From Azolla caroliniana (taxonomy: Eukaryota; Plantae; Polypodiophyta), in the NCBI GenBank assembly GCA_043228905.1, contig JBHGNT010000011.1, positions 3,472,001 through 3,536,000 on the forward strand: DNA of 64,000 nt. The letters are read 5' to 3'. The translations under genes and the position numbers were made by a program. The notes under the pieces are model-generated. The model was given only the letters and a program-made list of their open reading frames with translations. It made no database searches and was not told the origin of the DNA. Shown here in pieces: positions 51,025 through 63,630 of the stretch; position 1 is the stretch's first letter; every line of letters starts with the position of its first letter.

Positions 51025-51966
51025 GCCTCCATTGCACGCCAACACACCTTGTCCGCCACGAACACAGGGCTTATCTTCCTCCGTGTACAACATCTTGTTG
51101 TCTGTGTGCGTACTCATTGACACACCCGCATGGTTCTCCTCTACTAGGAGCATCGATTGTAAGTCGAAAAACGACGACGTATTCTCCCTCATACAGACCG
51201 TAGTTCGGAAAGCCCCGAACTTCGACGCTAATCCTCCGAGGCAGACCTGCACCATTTCGTCCTCCTTGATGTTTACATCGACGGAGGCGAGAGAGTCGTA
51301 GATGTCCTTGATCTTGGAGGTGTAGTCAGCCACCGACATATCTCGTTGTTGAACATTGCTCAACTCTTGCCTGAGTTGGAGCTTTCTAGCTATGGTGCTC
51401 GCGCCAAAAATCTTTTTCAAATTTCCCCAAGCATCCTTCAGCATCTTTGCATCCTGAATGTAGCTCAGAAGCTGATCGCTCACATAGATGTGAAGCAATA
51501 GAGAACTCTGCTTGCCGCTTGTTCCTAGGCTGGGAAATCTTTGTGTGTCAATTCGGGTGTTGTGTCATTAGCTCCATCAACATAATTCTCCGTTAGAAGC
51601 AAGCTAGCCATTCCTCTGTCCAAGATGTGTAGTTGCTTCTGTCGAGCTTCTCCGTTAGAAGCAAGCTAGCCATTCCTCTGTCCATTCTTTTTTGCTTCTG
51701 TTTTTTCCCCGTGATTAGGGTTTTCTATTTGTCGGCAACAAAGGATCTCAACCCTCGCACTCTAATACCATGACAGAGAGAGCAGAACACAGAAAACTCT
51801 ATACCAAAACAATACTCTAAAACTATGTACATAGGATGTGCTCAAGGAGCACTTTTATACAAGTTCATACAGACTGACAGAAGTATTGACTCGTACTTCA
51901 ATGATCATCAATGAGCCCCTACACTAACTCCCAAAATATATTCCTCCGCAGAATATCTATCCAACG
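51025..51966 (-). mobile_element. Copia H 5' remnant (gag, PBS, LTR from 51771; right end uncertain), related to G
   Basis: ARKLQLRQELSNVQQRDMSV gag; PBS-like TGGTATTAGAG at 51770-51760. Confidence 0.75.
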
Positions 51967-52089
51967 GTCTCCTGGTTTACACACCGCTACAACCTCTCGT
52001 TGCGCACCCAGTTTACGCACCTAGTCTAGGCACTGGTTTACACACCGGTTTACGCACCCAATGTTGAGCTTGTATGTCAACATATATCA

Positions 52090-52695
52090 AAACAACTTTC
52101 ATGTTATTTACAAGTATGGCCCACAAGGGGCATTTTTTACTATCTACAATTATAGTCTTCTGAATCGATTTCGGTTCTCGATTTCGATTTCGGCCTCGGC
52201 CGAATTACCCTTGTGTCCTCGATTTCGGTTTTGGCCTTGGCCGAGTTACTCACCAACTCAATTCTTCTCTTCCCATCCAAGGGGACCTGTTTCCCAACAG
52301 AAGCCATGTTCTTTTTGAAAATGAGATTTTTACTGACCTTGTCTTTTCTTTCAGCGTTCTTTGTTGTTTTGTTGCCGCTAACCAGCAAGTCGCTCTTATA
52401 CCACTTGAAGGTTATGGCGTTCGATATGTATGCGGAAGTATGTGAGGACCTATAGGTTATGTGCATAGCAAACAACACAGAGAATATGACAAAAGAAATA
52501 GATGGAAACGTAGACACAGTTCGAAGCTCTAATGGAAGCTCTCGTTATTCTGTAACTCTTACACTCTCAAAGACTCAAGATACAAGAAGGTTTTCATTAC
52601 AATGTTAGGTTTGAGCTTATATACTCAAGCCCTAGATCAAGGACGTGTTTACACTTAGGATACAAAGTGGAAGGAGTCTGCCTTTTATGCCAACA
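52090..52695 (-). mobile_element. Copia J 5' remnant: LTR 52406-52695, PBS 52403-52392, leader
   Basis: LTR is an inverted homologue of 54435-54729; TGGTATAAGAGC follows it on the minus strand. Confidence 0.8.
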
Positions 52696-54729
52696 AGCCA
52701 TGAAATCCGAAATTGACTTGATTCATGACAATCAAACATGATAGTTGGTCGAATTACCAGCTGGAAGGAAGTCATTGCCCTGCAAATGTGGGTCTTTAGA
52801 TATAAATATGTATTTGACTCAAAGAAACCTAGAATCAAAGCTCAGCTCATCGCGAAGGGATTCAAACAAGAACATGGGGTCGACTACAACGAGATATTCT
52901 CACCAGTAGTCAAGATGACCACCCTTCGGCTCCCACTCGGGGTCGTGGCGACTGAAGACCTAGAGCTCAAGCAGCTGGATGTAAAGACAACATTCCTACA
53001 CAGAGATCTGGAAGAAGACATTTAGATGTCCCAAGTTCCAACCGGTAGGCTTCACACCGACGGGGGAGGAAGGTCACCTCGTATGTCAATTGAAGAAAAG
53101 CCTTTATGGCTTAAAACAAGCGTCGAGAATGTGGTATCTGAATTTTGATACCTACATCCGACAGCTTGGTTATCACCGACCCATGCATGTATATTCGACA
53201 ACTGGCCGACGAGTCCCGAATCTATCTGATCCTATATGTCGACGACATGTAGATTGCAGGGAGCAATCAAACCGAAATCGGAAAGCTAAAGCGAAGCCTT
53301 CACGACAAGTTTGCGATGAAAGAACTTGGACAACCCGACAAATACTAGGCATGAGGATTGAGCGAAATCAGAAGACAATGACTCTTCGACTATCATAGTC
53401 CAACTACATCCGCAAAGTGCTAAAGCGCTTCAACATGGAGAACGTGAAGCCATCACCAACACCGCTTCCGATGTCGATGTGACTATTGGACAGAGACTCT
53501 CCTTCAATTGACAAGGAGAAAGAGCTCAATAGGAAGGGTAGGAAGCATCACGTACGCGATGGTGGCAACCCAACCTGACCTTTCCTATGTTGTAGGGGTC
53601 GTCAGCCGATACATGTCAAACCTAGGAAGAAAGCATTAGGAGGCCATCAAGCACATCTTCAGCTACCTAAAAGGGACTGAGGATGCACAACTAACTTTCA
53701 GATCGGCAAACCCGACTGAAGTCAAAAGCTATACCAACTCCGACTATGCTAGAAATATGGACAATCGGAAGTCAACATCAAGATACAACTTCACCTATGG
53801 CGGCGGGGCCATATCATGGAGGTTGAAGTTGCAAGAATGCACGACCTTGTCTACCATAGAGGCTGAGTACATAGCAACATCAGAGGCAGTGAAGGAAGCC
53901 ATCTGGTTGCACCGACTGACAGCCAACTTCTCGGTTACAAGACAAATCGACCACTTAGCACCGACCATCTATTGCGACTCATAGAGTGCAATACACCTCA
54001 TTCAGAACCCAGTCTATCACGCGAAGACGAAACACATTGAGGTGCGGTTTCATCATATCCGGGAGCTCGTAACAGAGAAGAAGCTCGAAGTCCAGAAGAT
54101 CAACACCGAGTTGAACATCGTCGATTGCCTGACGAAGCCACTTCCAGAAGATCACTTCAAAGCACTAAGGACAAGGATGGGACGTCAACAAGCAACCGAG
54201 CCGAAGCGCATCGAGCAAGGAGCAAGAGGTAAGACGAGACAATTCGACCGATTTGGACAAGCCAACATGGATGACTAGCCAAATCAAGCTAGATACTGAC
54301 TTTATCTCTGTCAACTTGGCTTTATGTCGACTAACTTGTAACTATAACTTTAGATTAAATTATAATCTAAGTTTACGGGGGAGATAACCCCTTAACATTG
54401 TATGTAGAAAGAGTAGTCCTTTTATGAGGGAGTTTGTTGGCATAAAAGGCCGACTCCTTCCACTTTGTAACAGTAGAGTGAAAACGTCCTCTAGTTAGAG
54501 CATGAGTATATAAGCTCAACCCTAACATTGTCACACACCCTTCTATCTTCTTGAATCTCTGAGTGTAGAGTTACAAAGAGAGAGCGAAATAAGAACTTCC
54601 ATTAGAGCTTCAAATTGTGTCTACGCTTCTATTTTCTTCTTCTGTCATATCTTCTATGTTGTTTGTTGAGCATAATAAGACATGTCCTCATACACGCTTC
54701 CGCATATCCGTTCGCATACTTGTACAACA
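52696..54729 (+). mobile_element. Copia I 3' remnant (RT-RH, PPT, 3' LTR 54435-54729), related to D
   Basis: IFSPVVKMTTLR, YVDDM, ISWRLKLQECT; many stops; GAGGGAG then TGTTGG..CAACA. Confidence 0.85.
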
Positions 54730-55444
54730 CTCCATGCGTTAAGATTGAGAGATGCACCCACCAATTCATGTGTACCTCGATTGGAAACAAAATGCTTGAA
54801 GATTAGGTGATGCCTTGAGGTAGATTGCACTCTCATTAGGGCACAATTAAGGAAAACTAAGGGCAAATTTAAGTAAAAATAGCAGGCCATAGTTGGGCAA
54901 TATGATCATTAAAATTTATCATTGAAAAGCAACCATTATAGGTAGTCGGCCATCGTCTGTAAATTTGGTCGAGCTACTCATTTTCATGTCCTGATTGGCA
55001 GCACCATATACTCTTCATTTTCATGTCATAATTTCAAAATACACTTTGACACCATATTCACCATATATACATTTTGACAACATATATACACTTTAACCTA
55101 GTCCCAACGGCCATATTTGGCCTATATAAGGAGGATCCTTCCTCATTTGTAACCATTCCGCTCATTCTAAGATTAATTTTTTTTATCGTGAGTAGCTTAA
55201 CCTAGTGGTAAGTTGTTAACATTACACGCATTGCGTCTTAGGTTCGAAACCTAATTTTCTCACTTCTCTCTATTATATACTTCATATATATCTCTTAATT
55301 CACTAAATGCCACTATATATCTCTATCATGACCACCTGGTCTCCATTGGGCAACTGAGCTATATCCATCTGGGCTCTGAGATTCATTCTCACTCTCTCAT
55401 ATTCTCGCATTCTCATCTTAGCTCTAAGGAGCATGTACCACTTT

Positions 55445-55492
<48 letters not shown>

Positions 55493-55519
55493 TGAAAACA
55501 CACAATTATATTAATAAAT

Positions 55520-56330
55520 GTGTGTAAAAAACACTACTTACAATGGGTGTGACTATGGAGTATGGTCACCCACTAACTACACTACATGGGTAGTGGAACA
55601 TGTTGAATTGCCAATAAGCAAGACACACTCCACTGAGGAAAGAATTTCCACTTGCTCCAATAAAGAAAATTGCCACATTAGTACTCCCTTCAACTTTCGT
55701 AGATATGCTTTCACTCCATGTCTACCATCAAATACAAAAGCGTTGCGCATGTTCCAATTATGTTGCAATCCCCAATATCTTAGCAAAAAACGGTCTCCAT
55801 CTCTGATTTTGGGTCAACTTGTGTAAATTGTACAAACACTCATTGTCTAGGTGTCATATAACACCGTGATAAAACTTGCCAAATTTAAGAAATGTAACTC
55901 CAAATCTGACAAACAATCGAACATTGTATAAATCGATGAGTATTATCTTCAATTTGAACAATGCAAAAAAAGCAATTACCTGTTGCTAGTCCACGACACT
56001 TTAGAGAGCTAAAGGCAATCCTCCAATCAAAACTCTCCAAATGAAGACCTTTGCTACAAGTGGCAATTTAGAATGGATCTGCCACCACCCATGATCAGAT
56101 TTGTGTATTTTCCATTCTTCTTCAGCCTTAGATGATAACCATCCAAGAGACGCAACTGAGCAATGATAACCACGTAAACACCAATCAATCCATGATTGTT
56201 CTCCAAGTGTTTGTAGAGGTAAGTTTTCAAAATCATCCAATGTATGCATGGTCTGCATGCATGCATGCATCCACAAGGATCTAAACCCTAATACCATTTT
56301 ATCCATCCATGTTTTGCCCACATTTTATCC
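55520..56330 (-). mobile_element. L1-type LINE ORF2 C-terminal fragment (zf-RVT)
   Basis: WWQIHSKLPLVAKVFIWRVLIGGLPL followed by a Cys/His motif and WGLQHNWNMRNAFVF. Confidence 0.7.
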
Positions 56331-56614
56331 ATTTTCAATAACATTTTAACATTTTCAATACAACAATGAAAGAGTCGGCCTACGGAAACGGGTCAGGCCA
56401 TTGCAGAGTATCGAGTCGGGCTACTAATATGAGCCGGGCAACGCTGATTTGAATGGCCGGGCTACTTGGGCTACCAAATATCAAATTGTATGATGGCGCA
56501 CTTTTCCCGGATAAAGATCTGATCGGAGGCCCCCTCGGAAATGTGATCTACACCATCCATGGCCGAGATTCCCTGGGCAGGCGGGCGTCTTTATGATTTG
56601 GTAACATATAGAGA

Positions 56615-56881
56615 TCATCTGAGCTCATCTGATCTGTGATTGTGTCGATGATGGATCGTAGATCTCATGCACTCTCTCGAGTGAGATTGATCTGATCTGA
56701 TTGATCTGCTAGCTTTCATTTGATCAATTTTTTATTGATGAGGGTTCGATTTTGTTGCCTATACACAATCCCAAAAGTCTCATCTGAGCTCCTCGGATCT
56801 GTGAATTGTGTCAATGATGGATCGCAGATCTCATGCACTCTGAGTGAGATGATCTGATTGATCTGCTAGCTTTCATTTGAT
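56615..56881. repeat. Two ~105-bp GATC-rich direct repeats just upstream of the LRR start codon
   Basis: 56615-56724 versus 56780-56881: TCATCTGAGCTC..GATGGATCG..CTAGCTTTCATTTGAT. Confidence 0.8.
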
Positions 56882-56928
56882 TGATGATTGCCCCCTCCCT
56901 TAAACCCATTTGCCTTATGAGAGAGAAG

Positions 56929-59900
56929 ATGGCGTCTTCTTTCCCGCCTTCGATCCTCCATAGCCTCTGCTTCATTCTTCTGGTATCCTTCACTGTTCTT
57001 CCTCCGACGCTCTCAAAGACGCTCAAGCGCGATGGTGAGGTTCACTACGTACATTTATTTCTCTCTATCTATCTCTCTCTCTCTCTTTCTCTCTGGGTAT
57101 ATACATCTATATCTATATGTGTGTGCGTGAACATGCATTCGATTCTTGTCATATATTATATACTGCAAGCTGGGATTCTGGTTTTTCTCATCTTCTTTGT
57201 CTTAAGCCATGGCTATGGAGTTTCAGAATGCTTTGTCTAACTCATGCTTTTATGAGGATACTGCTCTCTGATCGACAGTGAACAGCTGCATTTCTTCTTC
57301 TTTGTTTTAGCCATTGGTGTAGATGAATGGAGTATTCAGAAGGTTTTTCTCATTCACATTTTGATGACGACACTGGCAGATCCTCAACGGAAGATGCTTG
57401 TTTTACTCACTTCTTTCTCACATTTGGTTTGTTTAAGTCATTTTTATGGAAAGAATGGAGTGAGCGATCAGAAGGTTATTATTATTATTGTTATTATTGA
57501 GGAAAGGTTCTGATGGAATGTTTACTGATTCATGTTTCGATGAGATACTGTAAAAAAAAGGCTAGATATTTGAATGTTTGTTCTTCTGGTGGTGGAAACT
57601 GTTAGATCCACAGTGAGGGATGATCACATTTGGTTTTCTTAATTGATTTTTATAGAGAATTAATGGGGTGATAGAAGGTTTTCTGTCTGATCCACGTTTT
57701 GAATGATGAATTGCCAGATCTATAGTGAAAGATGCCGGGATTTTGTTTTGTTTTAGTCATTGTGTATAGAAATGCAAGGATTTCCGGTTCACTGTCTGAA
57801 CGAGGAATTGTTAGATCCACAGTGAGATATTGTCTTGTTTAAGTCATTTTCTTATTGAAGTGGAAGGTTTCCTGATTCACATTTTAAATGATGAAACTGT
57901 TAGAGCCACAGTGAAAGTTGCTTGATTTTGCTTTGTTTGTCATTCGAAAGGTTTTAGGATTCAGGTTTGAATGAAGTAATGTTAGATGCAGGGTGAAAGG
58001 TGCTAGAATAGAATTGATTTAGTCCTTTGCAAACGAATGGAAAGTTCTGATTCACATTTTGAATGATGACACTATCACATCCACAGTAAAACATGTGTAA
58101 GGGCTTCGGATTTCATCTTGGAAATGACAGTAAAAGTTGGGTGGAACTATCGTATTTCAATGTGCAAGTTTTCTTAGTCATGCTTGCATGAAGAACTATT
58201 GGATCCGTAGCAGAAGATTTGTATTGTTTGCATTCCATTGATGCTCTCATGTCTCACTTATCATCAATCTCTAGGATATACAAGTATGGTTGTTAGAATT
58301 TTTTGAGGAGAATCTAGAAATAAGGCCACACATATCCAGCTATTGTAAGGCCTTGTGAAACTGACCTCGCATTAACCTTGGTGCTGCTTTCCTAGTTTGT
58401 ATCATCTTATCTGTGAGAGGCATTGTATGTTATATGATCATGAGTTTGGTTTGGATATTAGCACATTATGGCGATCACCTTGAAAACACTGCTATGTATG
58501 TCATCTCATCTTGTATTTTACACCCACTTTCCTGTATATTTTGATAAGCCCTGCATGCTAAAATCCATCCTCATTCCAAGTATGGGTATGAATCTCAAGC
58601 TAGGGTTATCTATGTTAGTAGGTTTATGGACATGTCCTAACGATAAAAGGCATTATATCTATACTTATCTCTTTCCTCTAACTAATGCTTTTAACTCCAT
58701 TGCTCTCATGATCCTCGGTTTGGTCATATCTTAAAAACATTGTTGACATGATAAACTGCTTCTTCCAGTTGAAGTGTTGAATGATATCAAAGCTTCTCTT
58801 GGGTGGAAGGTTGTATATGCATGGGTTGGAGATGATCCTTGTGGAGATGGGGATGTCGCCCCTTGGGCCGGGATTAAATGCTCTACTGTGAATCATGGGG
58901 AGGACCGTGTGGTAACTGAACTGTAAGTACTTCATGTCTCTGAGTTCCTGCCAATTTATACTTATTAGCACACAGAAAATTTGGTAGCATTTTTAACTCG
59001 ATGCTTCTTTCAATAGGAGAATATACTGATATTTTTAAACCAGGGCTAGAGTTGATATCACCTTTATAGAAGGATCATTTTTTACACTTACAGCGTCTTT
59101 GTTGAGGTTAAGCTACAAGAGCAAATAGGTGTGGTTAATGTTTGCGAAGCAGGGATATGATTTAATGATTTAGATCCAAATATATTGTTTTAGGTTGAGA
59201 TAATAATGATTAGACAGGAAATGCGTTTATTCATTTGATAAATCATAATTAATTTGAAATTTGAGAGTGTCCAACTCTGGCTGCATGTTGGGCTACATAA
59301 ACACTGTACCATGAACAGCTACCTCTTTGTGAGTATGTTATTGGATCATGGCACCATCAATGATGTTAGGCACTCCCTGAAGAAAGGGAACAAATTCCTC
59401 TAAATAGCTTGCAACCTTATCGTACATATCCTAGGATGCTTCAAAAAACAAGAGGTTTTAGGAAAAGAAAGATCTTGATTTGCATGATGCCATTCAACAT
59501 TTTAGTATGGCTTCAGATTGTAGACAATGTAACCACAAAATTTTCCAAGCATAAGAAGAGAAGCATATTTCGTGCATGCTTCCAAAAAATCTACATCTCT
59601 AGAGTCTCTTTTGCTTGAAAGAAGGAGAAATCAAGAAAAGAAACGTATAAAGTTGGATGGGGTTGTCATATTGGACTCTACTAAGGATTCTTGAAGGAGT
59701 AAGGCAGAAATTTGGTTAGGACTTCCTTCTAGATTCATTTGGTATTGTTTTTGAAACTGAACTGTGTATCTGGATGAATGGCTAGACCAATAACATTGTC
59801 ATGTTCTGGTGATGAAGGATATGAGAGCAAGAGAGAAAGAATAGATGATAGAAGTCACTTCATGGAGGAGGAGAGAATGTGCACATCAAGAAATGATAGA

Positions 59901-62046
59901 TCTCAGTAGAAAGGGGAGGAAAGAATGTAATTATAATGATGGAATCGATTAGAGAGGTGGAGAAGTTAAATAGTTGATAAGAATTATTGCATGGGAGACG
60001 AGGAGATAAGGAAGAAGCACATGGACATAGTTGGATATGCTTTCTCAAACTTTTCTTTTATTAATATGTAGATCTGCTTAGAAGTTAGACGGTTTGTTAG
60101 CTTTCTGGTGACTAAATTCAAATTCCTAGATGGTAATCTGTTACCTTCTTCTAAATTTTGGTAGCTACTCAACATGATTAAAATTTCTCATGTTTGATTT
60201 TCAGAGAATTATTTGGAGTCTCTATCGTTGGACCATTCCCGACATCAGTCACAAATTTATTGGACCTGAAGAAACTGTAAGCTCAACAAGTGTTGAAATA
60301 TCAAATCATTATTTTTGTAAAACTTCATGCTTCCATATTTTTAGCCATTAGTTTAATTGTTATCATATACAGTGCTGAATGAAATAGGTATATGCTTTTT
60401 AGGGACCTTCATGGGAATAAACTAACAGGATCTATACCTCCTCAAATTGGGAAACTCAAAAACTTGGAAATTCTGTGAGTTCTCTCTTCCTAACTTTTTT
60501 TTTTGACATTTAACAATTGGGGTGGCTCTATATATATCCACCCGAGGATGTTTCTTCTCTTGAAAGAATAATGAAATATTTATCAAAGCTTGTTCACCTA
60601 GTTTCTAGTTTTGATCTTTCTTGCAAGTAATAAATTGATAATGCTGCGAAAATAATAAATAATCTTGTCCCACAGGAACCTACGATGGAATAAACTACAA
60701 GATGCAATACCTCCTGAAATAGGAGAACTCAAGAAACTGAAAATCTTGTATGTCAACAAATCGTTGTGTGATTGTATGCTCATCTAAAATCTTTGAAGCC
60801 GTTTATTTGAAGTGGATGGCAATTTGTAGGTACCTGAGTTTCAATAACTTAAAGGGTTCCATTCCGAAAGAATTGGGAGATTTGACAGAACTTAGATACC
60901 TTTACCTTCATGAGAACAAATTAACGGGTTATGTGCCAGTAGAGATTGGAAACCTGCCAAAACTACATCACTTGTAAGACTAAAATTTTAACTCAGCATA
61001 TGGTATTTTGGATGGTAAAAATGTATGAATTCATTTATTTATGACTACACATACTCAGGGACCTAAGCAACAATCATCTGGTTGGTACTCTCAAAGACCT
61101 TATGAGAAACGACGGGTGTTTTCCTTCACTCCGTTATTTGTAAGTATTGTCGACCAAATCATTTCGCACATCTATGATGTATCATTTTATGATAGGTGTT
61201 TTGAGCATTTACATGGACGGAGAAACAATGTTTGTATCATATCTTCTTTTATTGATTTCTTTCTTTTCTTCACTTTTGCTGAACTTTATATTCCATCAAC
61301 AATGTAATCTTTTGTAACCATCACATTCTTATTTGATCTTGTTCGGCGGTGTAGGTATCTGAACAATAACTGGTTAACGGGTGAAATCCCATCTCAGCTT
61401 GCACAAATCAGGAATCTGGAAATTCTGTAAGTCTCTTGTCTTCCATTCCATGTTAGTATAATGGTAAATGGTCCAACTGTGTCTAATAGTGTGCTTGTTT
61501 CTGGTCAGGTATTTATCTCACAACAAGCTATCTGGACCTGTGCCGGAATCTCTTGCATTTCTTCCGAAATTGACGTACTTGTGAGATACTTTTCATCATA
61601 TATATGTGTTTAATATACGTAGGATATAAACAGGTTCGTTTGTGATGAGAGTTGACATGTAAAATGGTTTGTGGCAGATGATCATTCATGAGAAATGTGA
61701 TTTGTTTATTTATTAGTCCTTGTGTCATCTAAAGCAAGTACATACGCACTGACTATGACTATGAATTATTGTATTGTGCAGGTACCTTGACGATAATACA
61801 CTGTCTGGAAGTATTCCTGATGCATTTTATCAACATGAGAACTTGAAGGAAATGTGAGACTATTCACTGTTTGTTTGGAAATAAATCAATCAATTGTAGT
61901 GTTTATACTGTTCAAGGGTGAGGCTTTTGAAATGGTTGAATGTTGGAATTTGAAGGTATATTGAGGGGAACAACTTCAATGCTGATGCAAAGCCGATCGG
62001 TGTGCATAGGACAATGGAGTTAACAGATACTGAATTCTTGTTTTGA
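56929..62046 (+). CDS. Secreted leucine-rich-repeat protein (signal peptide, LRRNT, plant-specific LRRs; no TM or kinase); recalled resemblance to Arabidopsis At5g61240-type proteins
   Basis: Exons 56929-57034, 58769-58922, 60205-60276, 60403-60474, 60676-60747, 60830-60973, 61059-61139, 61355-61426, 61509-61580, 61782-61853, 61956-62046, all GT-AG; KTLKRDVEVLNDIKASLGWKVVYAWVGDDPCGDG; 72-bp LRR exons; alternative in-frame ATG at 56917. Confidence 0.93.
57230..58100. repeat. Degenerate ~90-bp tandem repeat array in LRR intron 1
   Basis: Recurrent GAAGGTTT..TGATTCACATTTTGAATGATGA..TGTTAGATCCACAGTGA..AGTCATT blocks. Confidence 0.7.
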
Positions 62047-63492
62047 ATCATGTTCAAACTTGATTCCTCTATTATGTTTGCCTATGTAGAAAATTCTCGT
62101 GTAAAAAACATATTAATGCATCACATAGTTCTACCGAAGGCAGATTAATGCATTGATGATTGTAGATATGGACAATCCTAAGGTATGTCCATATATGCAA
62201 GTTGATGGCATTTCCAGGAGAAATCCATGTATGACTGTTCAACTTATTCGTTTATTCCATTTTTTTATTTTCTATGCTCTTCACTTCCATATATACATAA
62301 TTACTCCTTTCTATTTGCATTTGTTAGCATTTCATTTGGATTCATGTGGCCTTTCTTCAAGTCCTTTCCCTACTATCGTGATACTCGCAGAATGCTTTTG
62401 TAATCATCGGAACATCGACATTGCAGCACTTGATGTGCTGAAATGTCAGTTGATTTGTTAACTTGTGATTCATTTAAATTCCAACTGGTTATGTTATATA
62501 TATAACTTACTGACTGTTCTTGCTTAAAGCTTACTACCTTGTTAGGAAGTATTGCTTTTATTTCCTTATTTTACACCAGACAACTTTACCTCAGAGTTCA
62601 CTTGCCAATGTAAGGTATATGAAGCTTACTGAATATTGTTTGTTAACGGAGGACCCACATGAAACCCATTCATCATACAACTCATACCAATGCTGCGTTA
62701 ATAAAGATGACTGAAAGAATTAAGGGTCCATCCATCATGAAGGGTCCCACTCAACTAGGTTACTGTTTGTCAACCAGGTTGAAATATGAGTTCACAGTGG
62801 AGTGGGCCCTTCGGGAATTAGTTACAAACAAATCCTTTTGTTTTGTCACCTCTTTAATGATTTATATAATCAGAAATCTTTTAACACATTACCATACATG
62901 GTTGAGAAAGCTTTATGCATGTTTTATGTTCAAGATGATCCAAACGTTTTGCTCTTCCAACATTATGTATTTGCATAATCATACATAGATAATGGTGAGC
63001 AACCTGATTTACATGATACTGTTGCAGATTAGGAGACTGTCAGTAACTGAAATTCTAGGTTGTAGGGTTTAGGCTACTTGTGACAGATGTTTCCTCAAGG
63101 ACACAAGACTAGAAGTTGGTAGATGACACATAGATGGTATACGTCTATTCTACTTCAATGTTAAAATCTTAAGACTGTTTTCATCAACTTAACATTGCTT
63201 TTATACATAAGACTTAGCTAACATTTCATCTCATAACAATTAGGCTTTGTCAATTGATCTATAATGCTTTCTATACTCAAGCAAGGGAGAATTGAATCGT
63301 TAAGTTATACACACACAGAGCCAAACTCCAAAAGTGTCCAAAGTTATTAACCATGATCACACACATAAACAGCAGATGAGAGTGAACATTCCAAACTTCC
63401 AGCCCTTGCAGATCCCAAATATTTATATTCCTGATCATAGGCTCAGAACGCACAGGAGATAATTAGCCAAATACAAAAAAAGAAAATGCCAC

Positions 63493-63630
63493 AATCTTGC
63501 AAGCAGGACGTGCAAAATCTTGCAATTGGGCAAATTGATCAATCAGGACATGCCAAATCTTGCAATTGGGTTAATCGATCAATCAGGACAAGGAAAACCT
63601 TCCAATTGGGCTAATTGATCTATCAGGACA
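63493..63630. repeat. ~39-bp minisatellite (3-4 copies)
   Basis: AAATCTTGCAATTGGG(C/T)(A/T)AAT(T/C)GATCAATCAGGAC repeated. Confidence 0.75.

Noticed and set aside
62738-62815. Imperfect hairpin GAAGGGTCCCACTC..GAGTGGGCCCTTC as a miRNA or MITE
   Set aside because: The stem is too short and no TSD is evident
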